From: Ignicoccus pacificus DSM 13166
GTDB lineage: Archaea > Thermoproteota > Thermoprotei_A > Sulfolobales > Ignicoccaceae
Direction of reading: 5' to 3'
Assembly (NCBI GenBank): GCA_025340205.1
Contig: CP006868.1
Location: 180,001 to 212,000 of the forward strand
DNA: 32,000 nucleotides
The position numbers and the translations under genes are program-made. The notes beneath the pieces are model-generated. The model was given only the letters and a program-made list of their open reading frames with translations, made no database searches and was not told where the DNA came from. The stretch's first letter is position 1. Each line of letters starts with the position of its first letter. Below are positions 9,585 to 17,669 of the stretch, piece after piece.

Positions 9585-9752
9585 TTAGGCCAGCAAAGAG
9601 GCCATTGGATTTATTGCCTTTAGAAAAACCCTTCCATCCTTTAGCTCTACCTCGCCTATCACCTCTCCTTCCTTAGTCACGGCTAAAGTCTTCCTTCCGA
9701 GCTTCACGACCTCTATCTCCATCTCGTTGCCTCCTACCTTCAGCAGAGCCAT
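9585..9752 (-). CDS. small hypothetical protein, 55 aa (not in supplied ORF track)
   Basis: Manual translation from ATG ending at 9752: MALLKVGGNEMEIEVVKLGRKTLAVTKEGEVIGEVELKDGRVFLKAINPMASLLA, stop TAA at 9585; fits the gap between korD and the next convergent gene. Confidence 0.5.
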   Translation of the reverse strand: MALLKVGGNEMEIEVVKLGRKTLAVTKEGEVIGEVELKDGRVFLKAINPMASLLA

Positions 9753-9814
9753 ATTACGTTCACCCTATAGAGTAGGGTAGGGAGAAATGGTTAAAAATAG
9801 GGGAGGTGGGAGAC

Positions 9815-10702
9815 TTAACCTATTTTCGGGAGCTTCGCCTCTTCCCTCACCTTGAACGCGGTAACGGTCCCATCCCTAGAACCTACTATTAGCAAGCCCC
9901 TCTCCCAGTTCAATGCTGTAGGTCTGGTTACAGTCACGTTGAGCGTTACTCTCTTTCCTTCGAAGACAAGGACCTTACCGGAGGTGACGGCTACAGCTAA
10001 TCTTTCGCACCCATCCTCAAAGGAGACGAGCGCTATGCCGCTGATGTTTCTATTCAGTAGGAGTTGAGGTTTCTTCAGCTCTATCACCTTGACAAAGCCA
10101 TCTCCTCCAACGGCTAGCTTACCACCGCAGTAATCGATGGAGTAAACGGGTCCTTTAAAGTCCACTTTACCCAAGACCTCACCGTCAGCTCTAAGCAAGT
10201 AGACCCTTCCGGGAGCGTCAGCGACCAAAACCTTGCCTCCATCATCCTCGAAGTATATCAAAGAATTAGGAAGCACTTGAGTAAGGCCTCTTAGGCCCCA
10301 GACGAGCCTTAGTTCACCGTTGAGGACGTCCAGATAGAACAGTCCGATGTACTTGTCAGCTGCTATCAAGTAGGGAAGCACCAGCTTCAAGGATCCGGCG
10401 AAGTTTGAATTAATTGGAAAGTCCATTACCTTCTTCCCAGAGAGGGTAAGGAAGACTACCTTATCCTGAGTCAAGAGGGCAAAGGTCTTTCCATAAATGT
10501 CAGCATCTCTGACTTCTTCCTTTAAGAATGTCTTATAGAGGACGTTTCCTTTATAGTCAAGTACAACTATAGAACCCTTAAGACCCACCACCAATATCTT
10601 GTCCTTCGTGAAGAGGATATCAAGGGGAACGTCGTTCATTTGGACGTGCCAGCTTGCGGCAAAGGCAATAGGAATCAAGAGCAGTATCAGAGAGTTCCTC
10701 AA
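9815..10702 (-). CDS. secreted beta-propeller (PQQ/WD-like) repeat protein
   Basis: 295 aa; signal peptide MRNSLILLLIPIAFAASW; repeated blades (GKVVVLDYKGNVLYK, GKVLVFEGKRV); no C-terminal helix. Confidence 0.7.
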   Translation of the reverse strand: MRNSLILLLIPIAFAASWHVQMNDVPLDILFTKDKILVVGLKGSIVVLDYKGNVLYKTFLKEEVRDADIYGKTFALLTQDKVVFLTLSGKKVMDFPINSNFAGSLKLVLPYLIAADKYIGLFYLDVLNGELRLVWGLRGLTQVLPNSLIYFEDDGGKVLVADAPGRVYLLRADGEVLGKVDFKGPVYSIDYCGGKLAVGGDGFVKVIELKKPQLLLNRNISGIALVSFEDGCERLAVAVTSGKVLVFEGKRVTLNVTVTRPTALNWERGLLIVGSRDGTVTAFKVREEAKLPKIG

Positions 10703-10808
10703 AGGTCACACGCTCGAATGTGGATCAACGAAGTCGCGGATTAAATGTAGGAGTGCCCTTCGGGAGACCTTTTTTGCCCCCGCGCGAAGGGCGAAGGGGT
10801 TCCGGATA

Positions 10809-11363
10809 ATGGACGTGTGGAGCGCTTTCGAGATGGCGGCTAGCTCGCTAGACGCCAAGCTCGCCAGGATAGACAGGGCTAGGGATGGAATACCCTTCGA
10901 GGGAACTAAGGCGATAAACGTAGCTAACATCCTAACCCATTTCGAGAGCGTGTTGGAAGAGATAAGGTCTTCTCTTGACTGTTTGAAGGAGCTAAAGGAG
11001 AGCTCTATCGCTAAGGGTAAGAATGTGGTAAGGATAGAGGGAACCCACTGGGCGATGACCACCGAGGACAACGCCTTGGTACTCATGAGGACCAACCCCT
11101 CCTTAGTGATAAAGATATCCCCTGAGGAGGTATACATAAGCTCAAAGCACAAGGACTCGAGCGGTTACGAGGCCAAGTTTACCAATACTGACTTCACGGT
11201 CAGAAAGGATAAGGTAGTGGTGAACGCTAGGTACGCCGACTACGACACTCTGAACAAGAAGAGCTACTACATAAGGTACGCCTTCAGAGAGCTCGGAAGG
11301 ATGGTAACCAAGAGAATACCCAGACTAGTTCAAGACCTCAAGATAAGGGGAGTTCACTGCTGA
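10809..11363 (+). CDS. conserved-looking hypothetical protein, about 184 aa
   Basis: Track ORF 10599-11363; internal ATG 10809 gives MDVWSAFEMAASSLDAKLARIDRARDG..., a more plausible start because 10599-10808 overlaps the divergent propeller gene. Confidence 0.6.
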   Translation: MDVWSAFEMAASSLDAKLARIDRARDGIPFEGTKAINVANILTHFESVLEEIRSSLDCLKELKESSIAKGKNVVRIEGTHWAMTTEDNALVLMRTNPSLVIKISPEEVYISSKHKDSSGYEAKFTNTDFTVRKDKVVVNARYADYDTLNKKSYYIRYAFRELGRMVTKRIPRLVQDLKIRGVHC

Positions 11364-11941
11364 AGCTTTACCACTTCAAATTCATAGAACAGTTGATCCA
11401 AGTGCTCCGTCAAGTCTTTTAAGTACCTTATTGGTACTACTATTGAATCCAAGAACATGGGTTTTCCCCTCAAGGTTATAACTAAGGGAAGCGCTACCTT
11501 ACCATATTTTGAGAGATGCTCGGATGCCTTGAACACCTTCGCCCTATGCTCCTCCGCTATCCTCCTCAAGGCGCTGGGAGAGCTCCTCTGCCACCTTTTG
11601 CATTCTACCACGATAACCTTCTTGCCGTCATACGCCACCACGTCAAACTCCATCATCCTTCCCGGTATCCTCACCCTGAGTGAGTGGATAGTTTCAAAAC
11701 CTAGGGAATCGAAGACTTTCATCACGTAGCTTTCGAAAGCCCTCCAGCTGAGGTAAGGAGCAGCCTCGCTCTCTCTGAGTACGTTGTTGAGCACTGCCCA
11801 AAGGGCCAAGTCTTCCTTAGCGTCCACGCATATCTTGCCTTCACTCTCATAGATGAAGTCAAAGGCGCTTAGCCACCTAAATGGACCGGGATCGGCACAG
11901 CCCTCCTTAAGAAGGAGGAGAACCTTGTCCTTTAGGTTCAT
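11354..11941 (-). CDS. restriction-endonuclease-like nuclease (PD-(D/E)xK family)
   Basis: Core GRMMEFDVVAYDGKKVIVVECKRWQR with RIAEEHRAKVFKASEHLSKYG; internal ATG at 11941 (MNLKDKVLLLLKEG) preferred over 12046 because the longer form overlaps the PIN ORF. Confidence 0.65.
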   Translation of the reverse strand: MNLKDKVLLLLKEGCADPGPFRWLSAFDFIYESEGKICVDAKEDLALWAVLNNVLRESEAAPYLSWRAFESYVMKVFDSLGFETIHSLRVRIPGRMMEFDVVAYDGKKVIVVECKRWQRSSPSALRRIAEEHRAKVFKASEHLSKYGKVALPLVITLRGKPMFLDSIVVPIRYLKDLTEHLDQLFYEFEVVKLQQ

Positions 11942-12002
11942 TGAGACACCAGAGGAAGTTGGTGGTTTGACCGGGATTTGAGCGATAAGGGTCCTATGAG
12001 AG

Positions 12003-12437
12003 TCAAACGACTTTGAGCCAAGGTACCCTCTCGAAATCCTTGTCAAGAGTTGCAGTACTCTCTATGCCATACTTCTTGCAAGTGAGAGCTATTAACGCGT
12101 CAGAAGGCATCAATCCGTAATCCGACATAATTTGGATAACTTCATCAGGTTGAGCATCTAACGACAGCGTCATGAAGATGACTAAAAGCGGATTTACATC
12201 ACTGGTAATCAGATCGAGCACTCTCTCTTCTCCTTCCTCGCTGACAACTGCCTTATGCACTTCGAGCTGAGACCCGTAGCAAGTCTTAGATAGCCGTATA
12301 TGACTTCGCTTATGACGATTCCGTTAATGTAGCCTTCATAAGTTCCCTTTGTTATGCTCTTTATTATAGTATAAGCCTTCTCATCTTGAGCAGCTAAGTA
12401 AGGCCAGTATAACGCTAGAGTCAAGGAACATCTTCAT
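12003..12437 (-). pseudogene. vapC: frame-disrupted PIN-domain toxin (VapC-like)
   Basis: N-term MKMFLDSSVILA (ATG at 12437), middle AAQDEKAYTIIKSITKGTYEGYINGIVISEVIYGYLRLATG in a second frame, C-term MPSDALIALTCKKYGIESTATLDKDFERVPWL back in the first frame. Confidence 0.7.
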
Positions 12438-12636
12438 TTTCTATTTCCTCAATTACTTCATAGAACTCTTTATCGCTTAGTTCGGGTCTCCTTCTCTTTG
12501 CGATGCCGAATAGTTTTAATACGTCGTTCCTCTTATTTATTGTTATAAGCACTTCTTCGCCCTCTTTTAGATCCAATGGTTGTAAAGGCTTTAGTACGCC
12601 CTTCTCAAATATCGCCTTTATCTCCTTACTTCCCAT
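12421..12636 (-). CDS. vapB: VapB-type antitoxin (AF2212/PF0327, DUF104-like)
   Basis: MGSKEIKAIFEKGVLKPLQPLDLKEGEEVLITINKRNDVLKLFGIAKRRRPELSDKEFYEVIEEIENEDVP; overlaps the toxin start. Confidence 0.75.
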   Translation of the reverse strand: MGSKEIKAIFEKGVLKPLQPLDLKEGEEVLITINKRNDVLKLFGIAKRRRPELSDKEFYEVIEEIENEDVP

Positions 12637-12768
12637 CAGTATGTCCCTATGATCCCATTTTAGGGAAACACAATAAGTATGCGTAATTTCCCTCTTATTC
12701 AAGTTAGCGGGCCCGGTAGGGTGCATAGAAGCGAGGAAAGGGTTGGGGATGAAGACACCAGGGAAGGT

Positions 12769-12845
<77 letters not shown>

Positions 12846-12994
12846 GTTCGGAGGCTCTCTCAAAAAGTTTATAAACTTAATCCGACATTCCCCGTACTAA
12901 GGAGAAAAATACTCGCTTGGACTGAGTAAATTATGTTACTTTTCAAAGGCTTTCAGCATTATACTAATAAAACTTCTCAAAGATCCCTTGGAGC

Positions 12995-13052
12995 GCTGAT
13001 GAGGACAGCGGGCTACGCTGATGGATGAGGAAGCGACTTCGGGGCCCGAGGC
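12995..13052 (+). ncRNA. candidate C/D box sRNA
   Basis: TGATGA (12997-13002), CTGA (13018-13021), TGGATGA (13022-13028), CCGA (13046-13049); terminal D box degenerate, first guide region rather long. Confidence 0.25.
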
Positions 13053-13097
13053 CCAAGATAAAAGGATGTCCATGTAGGGCTCACGGGATAGCGAGCC

Positions 13098-14477
13098 TTG
13101 GAGAAGGATCACATGGACTACGCCGTTGAACTAGATATAGCAATAAAGCCCACGACCCCTGTTCCCATGATAGGCCAAGAGTACGGTTATTACGTAGGAG
13201 CGGGAAATCCGCTGTTCTCCGTAGGAGGAGGAGTCCTCAGGGAGGCCCTAGGAACTATACTGAAGAGGTACCATGCTCTGAGGGGCTACAAGCTCGTGGA
13301 GACCCCTATCTTGGCTAGGACCACCTTGTACGAGCTGACGGGTCACTTGAGTTTCTATAAGGAGAACATGTTCCTCTTGGACATCGAAGGAGACGAATAT
13401 GCCATAAAGCCGATGAACTGTCCCTTCCACGTTCTGATATTCATGAATACATTGCAGAAGTATCAAGGAAGGGTTCCGTTACCTTTCAAGATGTTCGAGC
13501 TAGGGAAGGTTCATAGGTATGAGATAGCGGGAGCGCTGAGAGGGCTGCTAAGGGTAAGGGCCTTCACCCAAGATGACGCACACATATTTGCAAGGGAGCA
13601 AGACGTACTCCCATCCATCCTCGAGATATTTGACATGATGAAAGATGTTTATGAAAAGGTCTTCCACATACCAGTTCACGGAGGAAGCGTCAAGCTGAGG
13701 CTAAGCCTTTCCGATAAGAGCAAAATAGGCACCGAGTTCATGGGAGAACCAGAAGCCTGGGAGTTCGCAGAGGAGAAGCTCTTCAAGGCCGGCGAGGAGA
13801 TAAAGAGGAAGTACGGAATAGAGTTCTTTGCCGAGGAAGGGGAAGCGGCCTTCTACGGTCCCAAGCTGGACGTGGTGGTCTACCTAGGGGAGGAGCAGAA
13901 GGAGTGGCAGATAGGCACCGTCCAGTTCGACTTCAACTTACCTAAGAGGTTCAAGCTAGTTGAAATGTTGAAGGAGACCCATGGAATAGACTCCCTCTAC
14001 ATGATCCACAGGGCTCTGCTGGGAAGCGTTGAGAGGTTCCTAGGAATATACTTGGAGATGTTTAAGGGTAGGTTACCCTTCACTTTGGCACCTCTGCAAG
14101 CGATGGTCGTCGGAATAAAGACTGGAGACGAGGAAACGGACAAGAAAATAGAGCAAATGGTCAGCGAGGTTAACGAGACTCTGTGGAAGAACGAGATAAG
14201 GACTACTCCGTACTTTACCACCAAGACTAGGTTGAACAAGGACGTTAGGAAGATAGAGAGCACCGTAAAGCCTCCGCTTATGATATACATAGGAAAGAAG
14301 GAGGTAGAGAGTGACAAGGTGTTCGCGAGGCCTTGGGACTTCAGCGCTAAGAGGAGGAAGGGAATTAGTGTAAATCCCAGCGAGGTAATGAGCATAGTTG
14401 AGGACATGGAGAAGGACGTAGTAGAATTGATAGGAAGAAGCGTCAGGATACCGGTGGACCTAGGTTACCTTGCTTAA
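13098..14477 (+). CDS. thrS: threonyl-tRNA synthetase, catalytic and anticodon-binding domains only
   Basis: 459 aa; class II motifs (KPMNCPFHVLIF, FELGKVHRYE, LRGLLRVRAFTQDDAHIF); begins directly at the aminoacylation domain with no TGS or editing domain. Confidence 0.9.
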   Translation: MEKDHMDYAVELDIAIKPTTPVPMIGQEYGYYVGAGNPLFSVGGGVLREALGTILKRYHALRGYKLVETPILARTTLYELTGHLSFYKENMFLLDIEGDEYAIKPMNCPFHVLIFMNTLQKYQGRVPLPFKMFELGKVHRYEIAGALRGLLRVRAFTQDDAHIFAREQDVLPSILEIFDMMKDVYEKVFHIPVHGGSVKLRLSLSDKSKIGTEFMGEPEAWEFAEEKLFKAGEEIKRKYGIEFFAEEGEAAFYGPKLDVVVYLGEEQKEWQIGTVQFDFNLPKRFKLVEMLKETHGIDSLYMIHRALLGSVERFLGIYLEMFKGRLPFTLAPLQAMVVGIKTGDEETDKKIEQMVSEVNETLWKNEIRTTPYFTTKTRLNKDVRKIESTVKPPLMIYIGKKEVESDKVFARPWDFSAKRRKGISVNPSEVMSIVEDMEKDVVELIGRSVRIPVDLGYLA

Positions 14478-14510
14478 AAATTATCAAAATGGCTTTTCGC
14501 GAGACGTGAG

Positions 14511-16676
14511 CTACTTACTCCTTCTTCTAGCCCCAAGCAGCATTGCCGATAATAGAGCCAAGAGCGCCGGTATGGGTATCTTGGAGCTGCTGCTGAGAAG
14601 GGTACTGCTGTTCAGCGGGGCGGCTAAGGTGTACGTGGCTTTCATCGCCCCAAAGGCGTCTCCCAAAACGATAGTCCCTCCAAAGCTAATGGGCACGTTA
14701 AACGAGGTGACTGGTAACAGTATTAACGATTGTGTGAAGGTTGAGATCAGACTAGTTAGAGTACTCGATAAGGTCGTTATACCTTCATAGAGAGTTACTA
14801 TATAGCTAGTAACTGCCGACACGTAAGTGCTGCTCGAGTACGTGGTGGTGAACACAGTAACTCCACCGGCCCCGGTGGTAGTAGTGCCTATTGGTTCGAT
14901 TATCGTCTGTGTGGTGAAGGATAGGGTCGGTATAGTTATCGTTCCGTTAATGCTAGTGGTAAACACGGTCGGTGAAAGAAGTACTGCCTTGCCGATCACA
15001 TTAGTGCAGTATATCTTGGGTGCTACATTTAGCATACTTGTAGGCGTTATCGAAACTATAGCAACCGTCTGTGGGTAAACGTTGAGCATGTCTATGTAGC
15101 CGAGATCGATGTGCTGGTTACCGTCAATTCCAGTTAGCGTGCCCTCTATTCCGTACGGCACACATGTAGCGGTGTAGTACAGCGCCGTGGTGCTACCTCC
15201 TTGTAGCTTGTACAAGGTCCACGAGGCGATGCTGGAGGAGGGGGCGAAGTACAGTATTGGGGTCGAAGCGCTGTATACCGTAGGATAGAGTGTGATTGTG
15301 GTTCTATCAGTTACAGTAGTCGTAACCGTTTTTGTCAAGTATATGGTCTTTGTAGCCCATGAAGTAACAACTACCGTTTTGGTGACCGTTACGGTTTCTG
15401 GGGGAGGTGGAATGTACGTTATCCCTATATCCGTGGTTGGTACATATACTGTCGAGTTTACATACACTGTAGTCGGTGAGGGTACGTAAACGGTCGTTGG
15501 CACATACACGGTTCTATTTATGTATACTGTGGTCGGTGAAGGCACGTAAACCGTTACCGGAGGAAGCGTTACGTATACCGTAGTAGTTACAGTCTTGTAG
15601 ATCGTAGTCGGTATGTATTTGTACACGGTCACATAGACAGTGGTAGTAACGGTCGTCGTGATGTATCTATATAATATGCTGGTCAAGGTGGTAGTAGTGG
15701 TCACAACGGGTATCTGAGGCGTGTAGTAGTCAACCCTGTAGATGTAGACGTTGCCATCTTGATTCGCTACTGCTATCAAATCATACCACCAAGCGACGCT
15801 GGAGGAGCTATCTGAACCCACGGAAGTGTAAGCCTCTAGATTACCGTTTACACTATCTCTAATTTTAAGGATAGTGGAACTGAGTCCTTCGAGTATTGCT
15901 ACATATTGGCAATCCGGACTGAAGGCGATGTCAGTTACTCCAAATTCACTTTGGTACCAAATTAACCTAGGCTGCGTAGGGTCTGAGAGACTATACATGT
16001 ATAGGGTATTGTCGGTAGCTACGGCCAAGTAACCTCCGCAAGCGGCTACTATGTTGGGATTGTTTACCGAGATTGAGCCAAGTTGGATTCCGCTATATCC
16101 ATCAATTATATTAACTCTATCGTTGTCATAATCAGCAACGTAGACATATAGATCCGAACCGCTGTGGTATACTGCTACGCCGTGAGGAGGGACCTCTTGC
16201 GAAACCGACCAGCCATACTGAGTATAGATATCCACCCCTCTGATGCCAGCTCCGCCGCTGAGTAAGACCGTATCGTCATCTAGCATAAGGGCATCCCACC
16301 ATCCGGTGTACCCAGTAACGCTGGAAGCTGTGAATGAACTTACCAAGTAACCGTCGGTGTTGAAAATGTAGACAGAACCATCCCAAGTCACGAATGCGAA
16401 GTAACCGTAACCAAAGCTCCCACCCATTATCATTCCCGACACATATGCTGAGTTGATCTGCGAGAACGACTGATCGTAGAAGTAGACGTTGTAATCTCCC
16501 CCTACTGCTAGTATACCATTATATGAGAACGCAGCGCTCTGAGGAGTGAAGGGTACGCTTATGGATCTGACGTACGATAAGCTTATAGCGTTAGCCAACA
16601 CAGTGACTGCTAAGAGAAACAGCGTATATCGCAAGCGCCTCCCCGTTTCCCCCACCGAATATTTGCTTCTCGCCAA
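14511..16676 (-). CDS. secreted beta-propeller protein with Thr/Val stalk, Cys-pair module and C-terminal sorting-like signal
   Basis: 721 aa; hydrophobic signal LRYTLFLLAVTVLANA; WD-like blades (FSPDCQYVAILEG); TTTVYVPSPTTVYV stalk; C-term SSSKIPIPALLALLSAMLLGARRRSK. Confidence 0.8.
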   Translation of the reverse strand: MARSKYSVGETGRRLRYTLFLLAVTVLANAISLSYVRSISVPFTPQSAAFSYNGILAVGGDYNVYFYDQSFSQINSAYVSGMIMGGSFGYGYFAFVTWDGSVYIFNTDGYLVSSFTASSVTGYTGWWDALMLDDDTVLLSGGAGIRGVDIYTQYGWSVSQEVPPHGVAVYHSGSDLYVYVADYDNDRVNIIDGYSGIQLGSISVNNPNIVAACGGYLAVATDNTLYMYSLSDPTQPRLIWYQSEFGVTDIAFSPDCQYVAILEGLSSTILKIRDSVNGNLEAYTSVGSDSSSSVAWWYDLIAVANQDGNVYIYRVDYYTPQIPVVTTTTTLTSILYRYITTTVTTTVYVTVYKYIPTTIYKTVTTTVYVTLPPVTVYVPSPTTVYINRTVYVPTTVYVPSPTTVYVNSTVYVPTTDIGITYIPPPPETVTVTKTVVVTSWATKTIYLTKTVTTTVTDRTTITLYPTVYSASTPILYFAPSSSIASWTLYKLQGGSTTALYYTATCVPYGIEGTLTGIDGNQHIDLGYIDMLNVYPQTVAIVSITPTSMLNVAPKIYCTNVIGKAVLLSPTVFTTSINGTITIPTLSFTTQTIIEPIGTTTTGAGGVTVFTTTYSSSTYVSAVTSYIVTLYEGITTLSSTLTSLISTFTQSLILLPVTSFNVPISFGGTIVLGDAFGAMKATYTLAAPLNSSTLLSSSSKIPIPALLALLSAMLLGARRRSK
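15438..15557 (-). repeat. two copies of a 60-bp tandem repeat inside the stalk coding region
   Basis: Encodes YVPSPTTVYINRTVYVPTTV / YVPSPTTVYVNSTVYVPTTD. Confidence 0.7.
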
Positions 16677-16710
16677 GGAAAATAAGTCTCTATGAGAGTA
16701 AGAAAGATCT

Positions 16711-17586
16711 TCAAGTTACCCGCTCTCCTCGTTGTAACTTCCCAACTCTTTCAACCAGTAAAGGCTCTATTGGCTTCAATATACACCACTCCATCAAATC
16801 TATCTTAAGAACCTTCCCAAAGATCACGATGAATAGTGTTCCGTTTATTATCCATGTTAGCAACGACGTTAACATATGTGCAGAATACCACGGTCTTCCA
16901 AGTACGTAAAAGTTGCTAAATCCTCTTGTAGCGATGTAATTCTCTACTTGGAATCCAAACAGCATTATCAGTAGGATGACTCTAGCTATGTTCGCTGAAA
17001 TGAGTAAGATCAAGAATAGCATACTACTCCCAAGAAAGCGCACAACGAATTTCTTCCCTCTCTTGCTGTAAAGGCTTCTCACAAAGAGAGCTATGATCAG
17101 CGGCGTGAAGAATACTAAATACCTTAACGAACTGCAAGTGTAATGGAACCATACGTTCTCAGTATATATTACAACGATGTTCTGATGAGCACTAAGTGTT
17201 GTTATATGGAGATCGTGAGAGTCGGTGTTCACGAGAATGTTAAAAGAATTATCAAGGTGAAGGTGATTGAAAATGAAGGAAAGTAGTTTCATTTCAAAGG
17301 ATACGAACATGCTCGAGAGAGACGTGAACGCGGATGCCGCATTGAATATAATTAAGCTCAGGAGGGTAATTGAGAAGGACAAAGTGTAGATACATGATCC
17401 ATCTCTATCAATTAGAGCCAAGATTAGGAGTAGGGGGAGAGAAAGCAAGGACATGAACCCTATAGTGCGCGGGATTTCATGAAAGATGTATCCCATAGCA
17501 GTAACTCCTAGAAGAGATAATTGCAATAATAGTAGCAATGCAGCGAGTAATCTGAAGAACAGTTTCAGACGTATCCTCCACTTCAC
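16711..17586 (-). CDS. putative archaeosortase/exosortase-family transmembrane transpeptidase
   Basis: 291 aa polytopic protein; FHYTC(151)SSLRYLVFFTPLIIALF, LLISANIAR(202)VILLIML, YSAH(237)MLTSLLTWIINGTLFIV; the Cys-Arg-His order matches the exosortase/archaeosortase family; GTG start. Confidence 0.7.
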   Translation of the reverse strand: MKWRIRLKLFFRLLAALLLLLQLSLLGVTAMGYIFHEIPRTIGFMSLLSLPLLLILALIDRDGSCIYTLSFSITLLSLIIFNAASAFTSLSSMFVSFEMKLLSFIFNHLHLDNSFNILVNTDSHDLHITTLSAHQNIVVIYTENVWFHYTCSSLRYLVFFTPLIIALFVRSLYSKRGKKFVVRFLGSSMLFLILLISANIARVILLIMLFGFQVENYIATRGFSNFYVLGRPWYSAHMLTSLLTWIINGTLFIVIFGKVLKIDLMEWCILKPIEPLLVERVGKLQRGERVT

Positions 17587-17669
17587 TTTCGTCTTCCTCT
17601 GTATGTATAAAGATTAGCCTTATTATCTTTTCTACAAAGAGCATTTGGGGATGAGAGATAGATCGTAGT

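Noticed and set aside
9398-9676. ORF overlapping korD
   Set aside because: Alternate frame of the ferredoxin-like subunit; not protein-like
10706-11152. 148-aa minus-strand ORF
   Set aside because: Antisense to the better-supported ORF starting at 10809
14470-15489. Plus-strand ORFs 14470-14790, 14827-15078 and 15292-15489
   Set aside because: Val/Thr-rich mirror frames of the low-complexity 14511-16676 gene
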